Positions 21,741 through 35,400 of a stretch of 63,959 nucleotides of DNA are shown piece by piece; the stretch's first letter is position 1; every line of letters begins with the position of its first letter. The position numbers were made by a program, and so were the translations under genes. Below the pieces are notes generated by a model. That model worked only from the letters and a program-made list of their open reading frames with translations. It searched no databases and had not been told where the DNA came from. Source of the stretch: Gracilinanus agilis (taxonomy: Eukaryota). The stretch spans positions 600,774,279 to 600,838,237 of the forward strand of contig NC_058131.1 of NCBI RefSeq assembly GCF_016433145.1, given 5' to 3'.

Positions 21741-23598
21741 TCAGCATAGTAGTAGGAGAGGAAAATTAGCACAATGATAAACTCGGAGGCACTTGCCTAA
21801 AAAAGTAAGCTTCATTGGAAGCAGAATGTCTTTGATTAATCACTGCATCTAAGTGGCACTAAGTACTAGAGGGCAACTTGATGAAGATGATGATTGAGGC
21901 TTTGATCCAAGTAAACAGTCATAGGAATACTTATCCTTTTTTTTGATGATGGTTAAAATAGAGAATAGACCTAGGAAGAAGACCCAGGTTCAAATTGTAG
22001 GGAGTTGAGGGTTAAACACAAGATTCTTAATGCTAGAATGTCCTTCCCACACTAATCCAACCAGCTAACCAGTCACGGTTAACCTAGATATGATGCAAAC
22101 TCCTATCTTGCCAAAGATTCCACCCAAATGGAAAAGAAGCACTGTTCCTTATACTGTATATTCAGTGCCTTATTTTTCTTTTTTTCTCTTTATACTGAAT
22201 TTGCTTCTGAAGAGGCTGCATCTGGCTGCATCTCTGTTACTCAAATGGGGAGAATGAACTGTTGTAAATCTTTGGACAAATGTCATGATTTCCAGACTCT
22301 ATAGGCTTGGGGATAGGGTGGGGATCATCTCCTATAAAACAGTTATATAAATGTGCCCCAGTGCCACTGTTTGTTTGTTGTTTTGTTCCTTCTTTTGTTC
22401 CAACTGAGAGTGGTAAAGTTATTCTCTTGGCCAATCTGAGGCCAGGTACCTTGGCCAAACTGGGAGAAGGCAGATTAGATGAGGACAGGCAGCCTATATG
22501 TTGAGTTTAAGAGATTAACATGAACTTTCTGTACTTTCCTGATCTTGAAGGGAGAAATATAACTGCCAAGTGGATGTTAGATGACTTATTGTGAAATACT
22601 TTATACGTTTATGAGGAAAAGTGCCTTGGGCATTTATAAAACAGAATGAACTAAAAAAATAGCTCCCTTTCCCTGGGGTAAAGTCAAATCTAGAAAATTA
22701 TCTGGCTTAAAGCAAGAAAATTCTACCTGGGATACTTTAAACTGAAATTTTTGGGGCAGCTGATAGGGATCATCTGTGGTAGAGCCAAAATGTAGAGTGG
22801 CGCTAAGAGGAAAAATGGAGCCTCCTACTCTGAATGACTTAGACCTTAACCTGAGACTGATGTCTGGCTAGTCCAGGTGATGTTTTCAGGTTCCCTTCCA
22901 GCTTCATCAGGCTATGATTCTTTGTGGCATTTACAAGGACTCCTTTAGTACAGTGGTGTTTTAGGGCTGTGAGGTATGAAAAATACCATTTAGGGAACAT
23001 AATTTTTAATTTTCACAAATGACATCAAGAGAATCTAAATCAGTGAACTGTTGAAGTATTTCATGTAACAGAAGTTCAAAGATACTTTGAGACACTTAAA
23101 TCTGGTGACACATTAAATCCCCTAACATTGACTACATTATGGTATAATAAATAGAAAGGGATTTGGAGTTAGAAGAGTCAATTCTGCTCACTTACTCCCT
23201 ATTTGAAGTGAAGATAATAGTGTCTAAGGTTCCTTTTAGATCTAAAATCCCATAATCCCACCTTTTTTTTTTTACCATGATTACTAATTGTGGAGTGATT
23301 TTTAAAAGCATACTTCTAGCTAATATTTCTCTGCTACCTTCAAGTACCTTGCAGATATCAATTCAGATCATACATTATTCATGGTGAACAGTAGACAAGA
23401 ATTATTTTCTGAGACACCAAAACAATTTCCTCACAGTCAGGAATAGTAATTTAACCCAGGTATATTCTGTTATTGAATTCCTAAACCTACACTTCCTACT
23501 TTCTTTCCTTTTTTTTTGCTCCCCATTAATTGTCTCTAAACATATTCTCTTACCGGGTGGTCTCCATCCATCATGGTTGGGCTCCTATTGACTGCCAT
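9144..23598 (-). CDS. PLIN1: Perilipin-1, 8 coding exons: complement(join(9144..9554,10620..10859,11388..11582,14430..14620,15810..16074,18483..18565,19561..19765,23554..23598)); 544 aa
   Basis: MAVNRSPTMMDGDHP|EQENVLQRVLQLPVVSGTCECFQKTY...RRLSTQ|FTAANELACRGLDHLEEKIPALQYPPEK|IASELKDTIS...|...RAMSLSDALKGVTDNVVDTVVHYVP|LPRLSLMEPESEFRDIDNPP...RRVSDSFFRPSVMEP. The first four coding exons (45, 205, 83, 265 nt) match the human sizes as I recall them. Introns are GT-AG and phases are consistent. The 11388 donor and 10859 acceptor are the least certain boundaries. Confidence 0.97.
9804..10004 (+). mobile_element. Opossum SINE1-type SINE
   Basis: tRNA-derived head, CORE, cttaccactcttctgccttgg-type tail, A-rich end. 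Confidence 0.9.
10059..10216 (+). mobile_element. Opossum SINE1-type SINE, 5'-truncated
   Basis: Same family sequence as 9804-10004. Confidence 0.85.
11816..12349 (+). mobile_element. Opossum SINE1-type SINE split by a solo LTR
   Basis: Head 11816-11898 and remainder 12228-12349 join seamlessly at ...cttcctag|ctgtgtgacc. Confidence 0.9.
11899..12227. mobile_element. Solo LTR (329 bp) nested in a SINE
   Basis: Starts TG, ends CA, flanked by the 4-bp target-site duplication CTAG (11895-11898 / 12228-12231). Confidence 0.8.
12590..12840 (-). mobile_element. Mar1 CORE-SINE
   Basis: Reverse complement of the Mar1 tail (tttgccatttccttctcc) plus CORE. Confidence 0.75.
13027..13226 (+). mobile_element. 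Opossum SINE1-type SINE
   Basis: Full-length family sequence. Confidence 0.9.
14737..15165. mobile_element. hAT-Charlie-type non-autonomous DNA transposon remnant (a related remnant lies at ~39010-39255)
   Basis: Terminal caggtgttcttaact and internal tttcctttgtaatc...cagactgccaaaggg segments are shared with the 39010 copy; the family name is not secure. Confidence 0.5.
17270..18215 (+). mobile_element. L1 3'-end fragment carrying a nested SINE1-type SINE (17807-18008)
   Basis: L1 ORF2 C-terminal/3'UTR motifs (aaaaatatttat...gtggtggcaaagaattgg...); SINE TSD gattattca. Confidence 0.85.
20340..21560 (-). mobile_element. Ancient CR1/L3 LINE fragment
   Basis: Minus strand ~21405-21470 reads LITRSWHRFTENKSCQTN, matching the CR1 RT motif (ITxSQHGFxKxKSCQTN). 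Confidence 0.75.
21705..21733. repeat. (TG)n microsatellite
   Basis: Perfect TG run. Confidence 0.95.
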
Positions 23599-23784
23599 CT
23601 CAGCACTTCAGTCTGCAAAGGAGAGGATCCCATGACTATAAGTTTCCAGATCTAAGCCCCCAAAGTCAGTTCCCCAATACATGAAGTTCTTGGGACTAGA
23701 CCACCAAAGCAGATGGCTGGTGGTTCTGGTCCCTGGCATGAGACATGGCACAGAACCACTGCAAAGAGATTACTCTTTTTTTTT

Positions 23785-23972
23785 TTAAACCCTTACCTTC
23801 CATCTTAAGATTGATTCTAAGGCAGAAGAGTGGTAAGGCAGAAAGTAAGACAATGGGGGTTAAGTGACTTGCTCAGGGTCACACAGCTAGGAAAGTCCAA
23901 GGTCAGATTTGAACTGAGTACCTCCCATCTCTGGGCCTGGCTCTCAATCCACTGAGCCACCTAGCTGCCTCC
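23785..23972 (-). mobile_element. Opossum SINE1-type SINE
   Basis: Reverse complement of the family sequence, poly-T start. Confidence 0.85.
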
Positions 23973-24555
23973 TAAAGGGGTTATTCTTAATCCTCCTGTA
24001 GATCTGAACAGCAAGGCTTCTACTAGTCAATGATAAGGAAAGACAGACCAAGAGGAAAGGCCCAGGTAGATAGAAGTGAGAGGAAGGAACAAGGGACATT
24101 AGCAGAGGTGTAGAGGGTGGAGAGAAAACAAGATAAGGCCCAGCTTCTGCCTTTAACATAAAAGGTACCAGATTCTTCTTTATAAAGACCAACACATCTT
24201 AAAGTTCCCTCTTTCCATGCTCAGATTAAAAAGAAAGTACCCAGTCTATAAACCAACTGAGCCCTTCTGAAGGAAGGCAGAATGGAGGGATACTTGCTTG
24301 ACTCCATTGTACCTAGCACATACTTGCAGTCACAAGCTGAAAATCCATTTCTCAGATTCTCAATTGAAGACTGAATTCCAACTGCTTCACAAGCAGTATC
24401 CTCCTTCAGTTACTACTCTGAGGGCTCTCATGACACCCAACAATTTCCCAAGAACAGTCATCACTAGCACTGTTTCCCCCTAAACAATGGAACAAATGCA
24501 AATAAAGTAGACCCCCCTCCAGCAGCCTTCACTAGTTGCTGCCCCTCCAACTCAC

Positions 24556-24680
24556 TCTAGCTGACCGTCTCCCCGCACTGGGTCAGCTGTATAGCAGAGA
24601 TTGCACAGTGGACAACTTCTCAGGCAGTATTATCTCCAGTAGCTCTGGGGTGCCAAGTCTTGGGAAGTCCTAATCACTTC
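24556..24680 (-). other. PLIN1: Probable non-coding first exon / proximal promoter of PLIN1
   Basis: A minus-strand GTGAG donor (ctcac, 24551-24555) lies about 940 nt upstream of the ATG exon, whose acceptor is at 23613-23615. The sequence is unique and non-repetitive. The 5' end is not determinable. Confidence 0.45.
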
Positions 24681-25367
24681 CCCAGCCAGAGGAGAGAGGG
24701 GAAGAAAGAGGCGTGTTAGCTGGCTACCATGGTAATTTGACCATGGTCCCCCTGGACAAATCCTAACTTTTACATGGATGATTGGATAGCTAAGGGGGTG
24801 GTTCCTAGAGCTGAAAGAGATCCAGGTTTAGAGAAGTTGCTCTTCCAGATTTCGAATGTTGAGGGCAACAAATATTGTGAAGCATACCCCATACTATTTT
24901 GAATCCTGGCTCCCTAGATGATGTTGCCAATATCCCTCAAATCCTTATTTCCTAATTTAGCTCCCTTTCCACAAGAGGTCCTCTTTGTGTGCCAGTTTTC
25001 AATTGATCAATACAATTCACGCAATCTCTTTCAATTGCTCCTAAAATGGAAATTTGAGGCTGGATATTTTGACTGGTGAATAGATAATCTAATGAGTTTG
25101 TCTGAATTACTTCAGTTTGTGAATATAGAACTAAGTTACACCAAACTTAAGTGTGCCCCTTGGGCAAATGGTTTCTAATTTATGACTCTGCTCTGTGTTA
25201 TCTATTTTGTTGGGCTTGATTCACCAGATAATTCTTAGGACATAAGTTATAAGAGGTTCTCAAAGTATAGTGTAGGAATGACAACTTTATTCCCTAAGCC
25301 TGGAGAGGTAAACTTTGATTGATTTGTATTGCTAACACTATAAGTCAAACAAATAAGAATATATAAC

Positions 25368-25568
25368 TGGGGGCACGTAGGTGGCTCAATGGATTGAGAA
25401 TCAAACCCAGAGAGGAGAGAGTTCTGGGTTCAAATCTGGTCTCAGACATTTCCTACTTGTGTGACCCTGGGCAAGTCAGTTAACCCCCATTGCCTAGCCC
25501 CTACCACTCTTCTACCTTGGAACCAATACACAGTATTGATTCTAAGACAGAAGGTAAAGGTTTAAAAA
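25368..25568 (+). mobile_element. Opossum SINE1-type SINE
   Basis: Full-length family sequence. Confidence 0.9.
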
Positions 25569-27431
25569 ATAATAAGATACACTCATCCTTTTTTTAAAAA
25601 GGGCAAAGTAAACATAATGGTATTGAGGAGCCAATACTGGGCACACATCAGGAAGACTAACAAGAATGCTAAATTAAGTACTGTTATATTGATTCTCTGG
25701 GAGCTTGAAGTTCACTGTTGATTGACAGGTGAATCAATTGGATGGAATGTTCCCAGAGAGGCATGCGGACTCGGGGAGAAAGCAGTTGAGAACCCTGACA
25801 GAGGTTCTGGGGTTTTTACCTGTCCCTGAGGCTGGAGATCAGTGTGGATCCTGGTCTTTGGGGAAATAGAGACTTGCAAACTCAACCCTGCAAGCTCCTC
25901 CTGTGTTTCCTGTACCGTCATCAACCTGTATTAGACCACCATCTCTGTTTCTACTGCCCCTAGATATTAGGAAGTAATTATCTTAGTCATCTAGGCTTCC
26001 CAGGGCCTGGGAGGGATCCGGGAAGTGGGCAGGAGAAGAAGAAGAGGGTGGACAAAGGGTGGAAATCTCAACTGATTAGGCTTAAGATCTACTGAAGAAG
26101 AAGCTGAAGATTTCACAGCAGTTTGCCTGCTCTGGTTTAGCCCTGGCCAGGCTGTACCAGAGAGAAGCTATCATCTTGATTCCTTCATTTGCCTGCAGTT
26201 AGAGATTTATTAGTATCAATTTAAAGTAGGGTCTCCTAATACCTCTTTCCCTTACCAATATCCTTTGCCAAATATATTTAAAGTGTCAAAGTACCTTCTT
26301 GAATTGATTATTCATAGTTTATTTGGGAAGGGAGTCATGCAGTCAGATTACCAACTTTACCTCAGCTGAAGAGCCCAATAACCCCAGGTGGGTCCTGAAG
26401 GAATAAAACACTTTGACCTAAAGGATCCTGCCTGGGCAACTGTTATAGGAGAGAGAGGTGTCATCCTATCCTCTCTCTCTACTCCATCTACCTATACATC
26501 TAAGAGATAGCAGATCTTCATTTTAATATAACAGTACACAGAAAGGTACTTCAGTACTTGGCTTCAGGCTTATCCCCTGATTGAGAAGCTGGGAGAGTAA
26601 AAAAAATTACTTTCCTTGCCATTAGCAGAAATACAGACATATAATTTCTGTAAAACTTGGTGGCACTTCAGTAATCTGTGACAAGTAATTAGTGGTGGCA
26701 AAGAGGTAAGAAGATAGAGAAAGCTAAGCAGGTAACAAACACTCTACTTAAAGCTTCAAAGACAAAGAATTCCAAAGGAGTTTTCAGTTATCTGCCTAAC
26801 CAGAGGTTTATAAAAATGTGAAAGGCCTTAAGCAGATGCCCTCTGATCACACTCCCAGCTTCAGGACAAATTCTCAGTAAGGTTATATTCTGCAATCAGT
26901 CTGGGCTAGAGGTCAGGTTTTAAGTGCTTGGAGTAATGGCTTGGGGCCAGAGGGGAGTATAGGGCTCGATTTGTAAAAATCAAGCTCTGCTGAGAGGGCT
27001 GTTTTGCTCTCCTGAACTTAGAGCCCAGAATGTGAGTGAGAGGTGAGGATTGGTAAAAGGTCCTGAAATGGCTACTGATGGCAAGAGTCTCATTTTTTCC
27101 CCCCAGATAGGAGGTTGAAGGGCACCAGCAGCTGCTATTCTGAGATAGCCCTTGAGTTGGTCTACAGGTCTACTTTGTATTTCTTTGGTTCTAAGAATTT
27201 TTCTGGGAAAAGCAGCTTCTTCGTTTCAGAATCCACCTCTATTAGTTCTGATACTGACACTGGGGAGACAATGCTTCTCTCAATCTTATCTAAACTAACC
27301 ATACAATTTCATCAGGATTACAAGGCTAACTTCAGAGCTGCTCTTGCTCTAATTCAGGCGGATTTCCAGGATCAGGTTACTTTCGCCTTTCTAATGCTAT
27401 CCTCCAAATGCATTCAAAAATACAAGAATTC

Positions 27432-28330
27432 AATTATTGTGCTAAAAGGAATAATGAACTGAAGGAGAACATTGTACAGAGACAGATACACTGTGGCACA
27501 ATCAAATGTAATGGAATTCTCTACTAGCAGCAATGCAATGATTCAGGACAATTCTAAGGGGCTTATGAGAAAGAACGCTATCCACTTCCAAAGAAAGAAC
27601 TGTGGGAGTAGAAACACAGAAGAAAAACAACTACTTGATCACATGGTTCAATGGGAATATGATTGGGGATGTGGACTCTAAACAACCACCCCAGCGTAAC
27701 TATTAATAATATGGAAATAGGTCTTGATCAATGACACATGTAAAAACCCAGTGGAATTGCTCATTGGCTATGGGAGGAGGAGAGGGGAAGAACATGAATC
27801 ATGTAACCATGGAAAAAATATCCTAAATTAAATAAGTAAATAAACTTAATTTAAAAAATACAAAAATTCAAATCAGGCCAACAATTTATTGGCCATAATT
27901 AATTTACATTACAATTGTGCATTGTAACATAACTATAGGGTTATTGAGAAAGTTTGTTTTGGCTTAGTATTTTCCATTTTACTTAAAAAATCCCCAAACC
28001 CAGAGGGAAACAATATGGATTATATAATTTTGGAAAACTTATGTGGAAATTTGTTATTAAAATAAAAAAATTTTAAAGCATTAAAAAAGCATACTAGTTT
28101 TCAGTTTTCTTTTTATTTGGGGGTTTGGTTTTATATGAGTATTCTCTTACAACAATGACAATATAAAAATATGTCTTGCATGATTATACATGTGTAACCC
28201 AGATCAAATTGCTTATAATCTCCAGGAGTAGGGACGGAAACAATTTGGATCTTAAAATTTTGGAAAATGTTATATCAAAAATTATTACATGTAATAGGGG
28301 AAATAAAATGTTTTTAAAAATTCCCAAACC
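27432..28330 (+). mobile_element. Cluster of L1 3'-end fragments
   Basis: ggagaacattgtac...aaagaactgtgggagtagaa...A-rich tails, same motifs as other L1 ends in the window. Confidence 0.75.
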
Positions 28331-29421
28331 CAGCATCTTTTCTAAATCTGATGCCTTACCCAAGAAATGGAATTAAGGGAATTAAGCCATGGTCTTGAGT
28401 ATGGTCTTCAAGAATAGAGGTCAAATTTCTTTTGGAAATTGAATTCATATGGCCTCTTCAACTTTTTTTTGAGGACCACTTAAGGGACCAAACTAGACCA
28501 CTAGACTTAACAGCCCCTTAACTGGTGACGTGTTATATCATCCCATGATACCTACAAGAGCAGAACTAGCATATATTCATTAATGACTCAAGACTAGAGG
28601 ACGGCAGCTGCTATAGAGCTTCTCACTCTAATTTAATACTCCAAATCTGAACATAGTAAATTATGCTTTTTAATGATTTTTCTTCTCTTCATCACTCTAC
28701 TCCTTACACCTTCCCTTATTCTTCTTCTCTTCTCCCCCTGTCCTCAGGAACCAAACACATCCTATACCTTATGAGCTTAAGAACCTAATTACCATGGTAA
28801 ACTGTGGGTGGCTCAGCCACACTCAATTTCTAGATTGACAGAATTTCATTTGGTAAAAGCAGTTACCTATAGACCAACTAACCATCAGATTGTGGAGCCT
28901 AGGATTAAATTAGGCAACTTGGACAAGGTTTATTATTGTGGTGAGTTGTTTTGAAGGATGTCTATAATTAACAATTGGGGTTTATTTTTTCCCTATACCT
29001 ACTGTCATGAGTTCTTACACATCAGATACACTACTCAAAGACTCTATTACATGGACACAATTTATACTATAGTTGGGGAGAGTAGAGAATTTAAGAACTA
29101 TAAATTCACTTCAATGGTGGAAGGTGGAGGAAAGGGGAAAAGAATAAGCACTTATATGGCAACTCCTATGTGCCAGGCATTGTGCTAAGGGCATTTTATA
29201 ACTTTTGATCCTCACAACAACCCTGTGAGGTAGGTTCAGAGACTGTCTCTCTCTATGTTTTTTTTTCTTTAGAGACAGAGGAAAGAGATATACAGTACAT
29301 ATACCCACATAAGGTCAGGGAACTAAACACTTTTTGTGAGAAAGTGACTCAAGCACACTGTGACATTTTCTCAGTTATAGGCAAAGTGCTCTTCCCACTC
29401 GGAGGATCACCTTTTCAAACT

Positions 29422-32400
29422 TCAGCAAGTCCTTAGTCTCATTTGTGGGTAAGCTACCGTTATCATGCCTACTATGGAGGACAGGAGGCCTCCAAGACCA
29501 ATGATTCCAGAATTAGACTTATAAATACCAAGCTGGTCCAAAGGATTCAGGATATCACAGAGGTTTTTCACTGTGTCCAAAAGCAAGGGAGGATGCTTCC
29601 TTAGAGATCGAAATAAGAGAAGGAGAAAGGACTGAAGCCATTCTGTTTCTTCATCAGCTATACAAGGTCCTAAGTGGTTCTGGGGCATCGATTTCTCTCT
29701 TTTTGCCTTTTCTTGCGCAATCTGCTCCATTTGTAGGGAGACTTCATACACATCTCTGATGATGTTCAGCAGGAGAGAATAGTAGTAATGGCGTGCAGCC
29801 CACTTTCGCCATTTTTCCTTGTTAATGTCAGCGACAAGTCCCACACTCCTCACCCAAAGGATGGTGTCACAAACAAAGTAAATCACCCGGTTCAGGTTGG
29901 CTATTGTTAGGCAGAGCCGAGGTACAAGATCAGACACACGAATGCTCTGTTGAGTTGCCTGGACAGCATGTACCACGTTACCTAGTCTGAACCCTGTAAG
30001 AAAAACCCATAAGTTTTTAACATAGCTTCTCATTAACATTGAAATGGGAAAGGACAGATTATCATCAGGGTATCATTTGACTTTTCATCAATTTATTGGC
30101 CTTTTGGATTCTGCAACCTGGTTGAGGAGAGGAATACTTTGTAGAGTATAAAATGAGTAAGTAAAATGATTATTATGGAGTTTTGTTGTGTGCCTATCTT
30201 ATATCACTCCAATGGATTTCTTAATCCTGATTCACTACATATTCCAATTCAAGGCCATTCACAAATAAAGGCTACAATGTTTGAGCGAAACAGAAACGTT
30301 TCTCTGGAATGAAGGAGCTGCTAAATTATCACTATCATAACCTTCAGTTACCACATTTTAAAAAAATTTAACAATCATTTATTAAGAGCCTATGTGCCAG
30401 CCATTGAGAACACAATGATAATAATGATACAACTCCAGTCTTCAAAGAACTTACAATATGTGAAAGAGATATCATGTATAAATATAAGTATTACATGTTC
30501 TCCAGTGTGATGGGCAAACTTCGGCCCTCGGGCCAGATGGGAGGGGGGGACCCTGAAATATTCTATCTGGCCCTGCCACTTTATGCCTAATCTGATGAAT
30601 ACAATGAGTAGGATACAATACAATGAAACTTTGAAAGAGTTGCCTTAGAAACAGAGGGACAGATAAGCATTTCCTTTCCTTTGGCCCCCTCCTTAAAAAG
30701 TTTGCTCAGGGGCAGCTGGGTAGCTCAGTGGATTGAGAGTCAGGCCTAGAGACCCGAGGTCCTAGATTCAAATCTTGCCTCTGACACTTCCCAGCTGTGA
30801 CTTTGGGGGCAAGTCACTTGACCCCCACTGCCCATCCTTCACTCTTCCACCAAGGAGCCAATACACAGAAGTTAAGGGTTTAAAAAAAAAATTAAAAAAA
30901 AAAAAGTTTGCCCATCACTGCTCTAGACAAATACAAGATAACTTTGAGGAGGAAGGCACAACTAGCTAGGATGGGAGGGATCAGGAAAGACCTCATGCAA
31001 AAGTGATTTTTTTTTCCTTTTTAAGTGATTTATTTTCAACATTTATTTTTTTTAAATTAACTTTGAGTTCCAAATTCTCTCCTTCTCATCCCTTCCCTCC
31101 ACATCAAGAAGCCAAGAATTGTGATCTCAATTATATATGTGAAATCATGCAAAACATATTTATATATTGCCATGTTGCAATAAGAAAAAAAAAGAGCGAA
31201 AAATTATACTTCAGTCTGAATTCATTTCTTTCTCTGAAGGTAGATGACATTTTTCATCATAAGTCTTCAGAATTGTCTTGGATCATTTATATTACTTGGA
31301 ATACCTAAGTCATTCACACGAATATCCTACAATATTGCTGTTACCTAATATGATGCTCTTCCTACTTCTGCTCACTTCACTTTGCATCAGTTTATATGTC
31401 TTCTCAGTTTTAATGAAACCCTATTGCTCATCATTTCTTATGACATAATAGTATTCCATCATAATCATATACCACAACTTGTTCAATCATTCCCCAATTG
31501 ATGGGTATTCCCTCAGTTTCCAATTCTTTGCCACTACAAAAAGAGCTGCTAACATATTTTTGTACATATGGATCCTTTTCCTTTTCCTTTAATCTATTTC
31601 GGACACTGACCTAGTAGTGGTATTGCTGGGTCAAAGGACATGCAGGTTAATAGCCCTTTGGGTGTAGTTCCAAATGGTTTTCCAGAATAAATAGATCAGT
31701 TCACAACTCTATCAACAGTGCTTTAGTGTCCAATTTTTCCATATCCCCTCCACCATTTATCATTTTCCTTTTCTTTCATATAAGTCAATATGTTAAGTGT
31801 GACGTGGTACATCAGAATTGTTTTAATTTGCATTTCTCTAATCAATAGTGATTTAAGGCATTTTTTCATTACTTTTTTATTTCTTCTTCTAAAAACTGCC
31901 TGTTAGCAATATTGGATGATGATTTATCTATGAAAACTTGGCTACTCTCAGTCATGATCTGGGACGATCCTGAAAGACTTATGACAGGGAATGCTATTCA
32001 TCTCCAGAGAAAGAACTGTTGGAGTATCTTTTACACCCTTGACAAATAAATCTTTTTTCCATTATTTTTGGTGTTTACTTTTTTAAAATTTTGGTTTCTA
32101 AATTCTTTCCCTCTCTAGCCCCTACCTTACACATTGAAAATGCAAACAATATGATATCAATTATACATGATGTCATGCACAGCATATTTCCAAATTGCCA
32201 CGTTGCAAAAAAACTCCAATAAAAAGCAAAAAACATAAAAGTGAAAAAAAGTGCGGTTCAATTTACACTTGGAATTCATCGGATTTCTCTTTAAAGAAGG
32301 ATAGCATTTTTTTACAATGGGTCTTGTAACTGTCTTGGGTCACTGTAATTGATCAGAGTAGCTAAGTATTTCACAGTTGATCATCATTACAATATTAGTG

Positions 32401-35400
32401 TTACTGTGTACAATATCCTGGTTTTGTATCATTACTATCTTTCTAGGTTTTTCTAAAACTCCTGCTTGTCATTACTCTTATAATAATATTCCATCACAAT
32501 AATACTATAACTTGTTTAGGAATTTCCAAATTGATGGGGATCTCCTCGATTTCCAAATTTTTGCAAACCACAAAAAGAGATGCTATAAATATTTTTGTAC
32601 ATATAAGTCCTCTTCCCTTTTCTTTAATTTCTTTGGGATACAAACTAAATAGTGGTGTTGCTGGGTAAATGGGTACATACAGTTCTATAACTCTTTGGGT
32701 ACAGTTTCAAATGGTTGTCCAGAATGTATAGACCAGTTTACAACTGTGCCATCAGTGTCTTTATTTTTCTGCATCCCCTCCAGAATTTACCATTTTCCTC
32801 TTCTGTCATTTTAGTCAATCTAATAGGTACGAGGTAATATTTCTGAGTTCTTTTAACTTGCATTTCTCTAATCCATAGTGACTTGGAGCATTTTTTTTTA
32901 AACCCTTGTACTTCGGTGTATTGTCTCATAGGTGGAAGATTGGTAAGGGTGGACAATGGGGGTCAAGTGACTTGCCCAGGGTCACACAGCTGGGAAGTGG
33001 CTGACTTGGAGCATTTTTTCATGTGAATGTTGATAGCTTTGATTTCTTCCTCTAAAAGCTATTCATATCCTTTGGACATTTATCCATTGGGAATGGTTCT
33101 TATTGTTATAAATTTGGCTCAGTTCTCTATATATTTGAGAAATAAGGCCTTTACAAAAACATTTTATGTAAAATCCCTATTCTGGGCCTACCCTTTCACC
33201 CAGCCATACCACTGCCAGGTTTGTACCCCAAAAAGTGATAAGGAAAAAGACTTGCATAAAAATATTTATAGCCACATTTTTTGTGGTGGCAAAAAATTGG
33301 AAAATGAGGAAGTGTCCATCAATTGGGGAATGGTTGAACAAATTGTAGTATCTGATGGTGATGAAATATTATTGTGCTGAAAGGAATAATGAACTGGAGG
33401 ATTTCTACGTGAACTGGAAAGACCTCCAGGAATTGATTCAGAGCAAAAGGAGAACCAGGAGAACATTGTACACAGAGACTGACACACTATGGCACAACTG
33501 AATGCAATAAACTTCTCTACTAGCAGCGATGCAATGATCCAGGACAATTCTGAGGACTTATAAGAAAGAAAGCTATTCACATCCAGAGAAAGAACTGTGG
33601 AAACAGAAATGCAGAAAAAAAGCATATGATTGATCCCATGATTGGATGGGGATATGATTAAAGTTTTGACATTAAAAGATCACTCTATTACAAATATGAA
33701 TAACATGGAAATAGTTTTTGAACAATGATACATGTATAACCCAGGGGAATTGCTTGTCAGCTCCAGGAGGGGGAGAAAAGGGGGAGGAGAAACACGAATC
33801 ATTTAACCATAGAAAAATATTCTAAATAAAAAATAATAATAAAATCCCTATTCTGTCCCCCTCCCTGTTTCCTGCTTTACTTTTAATTTTAGCTGCATTT
33901 ATTATTTTGTTTGTTCAAAAACAAATTTTATATTTCATTTAATTAAAATTATCCATTTTACTTCCTGTGATCCTCTCAGACTTGTTTGGTCATAAATTCT
34001 TCCCACATCCATAGATATGATATATAAAATTTTCCATTCTCCCTTGATTTCCTTATGATTTCAACTTTTAAAACTAAATCATATACTCATTTTGACCTTA
34101 TCTTGGTATAGGGTATGAAGCTGGCTTATACCACATTCTGCCAAATTGTTCTCCAGTTTTCCCAGAAAATTCTGTCAAATGATGAGTCCACCAAAGCTTG
34201 AATCTTTGGGATTATTAAACACTAGATTACTATGGCCAATTACTAGTATGTATTCTGTATTTAATCTATTCCATTGATTCATCTCTTTATTTCTTAGCCA
34301 ATACCAAATTGTTTTGATGATTACTGCTTTGTAATATAGTTTGAAATCTGGTACTACTAGGCTGTTTTCCTTCACATTTTTTTCATTAATTCCCTTGATA
34401 TTTTTGACCTTTTGTTCTTCAAATAATTATTTTAAAAATGTTATTTTTGATATGTTAATCCCTTGCCCAGAATTGCCAATGGTCTAGAAAATCTGAGAAC
34501 TAAAGGGAAAAAACATTTGTATAGGAATCAGTAATCCTTGGTTCTCATCCTACCTGTCACTAACTAGCATATCACACACAACGATATGGGCTTTTCCATC
34601 ATCATTTATAATAGCAATGACTTAAATAGGTGTAAAATGCTGACAGTATTGTGTGTTTCATGCTAAGCCAGCGAGGAAAAAAGCCCTATATGATTTATCC
34701 ATCTCTCCAAGTAAAGAGTGAAAGGAAGAAGAAAATGGGAATTCAGAATTATGTGAAAAAAGTGTGAAAATGAGCAGGGTGAAAATTAGGGTTTGACTGC
34801 TTTACTTCTTCACAGAGCCTGAATATATTTACAGGAAGCCAGAAGTACTTGGAAAAGCTTTCTTGACTTGTTGAAGCATCTTAATGATTCTAGGAAGTAA
34901 AAATGAGCTAATATAATGAACTATTCCTAACTGGTTCTGGTTATGTAAGAGGAAATGGCATAGCACCAAAAAAAACAAGGATCATGCCTGTGGGATGGCC
35001 CTTCCTTATCAAATCATTTAATTTCTTCGTATCTTTCAGTTGCTCCATCTGCAAAACGAGGTCCACAAAACTGGATAACATCAACAAATATAATCAAATA
35101 CAAATTAGGAATAGAAAATGATATGAGCATCAAAAGTTCTGAGGCTAACGATTCTAAACTAGGTGGCTCTGTCTCTCAAGAGACAGGGTACTTACATTTA
35201 CGACCACTGCTCACACTAGATTCCAGTTTCTTGAGCTTCATTACCACCTTCTCTCTATCAGCCTTAGACTCTAATAAATATCTAAGCAACATGCATGTGT
35301 ACTGAATGGCTCTGGAATGAAAAAAAATGAGGAGAATGATTTAGAAGTCAAGCAAAACAATTCATGAGGAGGGAAAGAGAAAGGTGCATTACTAAAGGCA

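Larger units (their letters stand above)
31010..34435 (-). mobile_element. Stack of older antisense L1 3'/ORF2 fragments with nested younger insertions
   Basis: Reverse-complement L1 motifs; ORF 34175-34375 (PDFKLYYKAVIIKTIWYW) is L1 ORF2. Confidence 0.8.
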
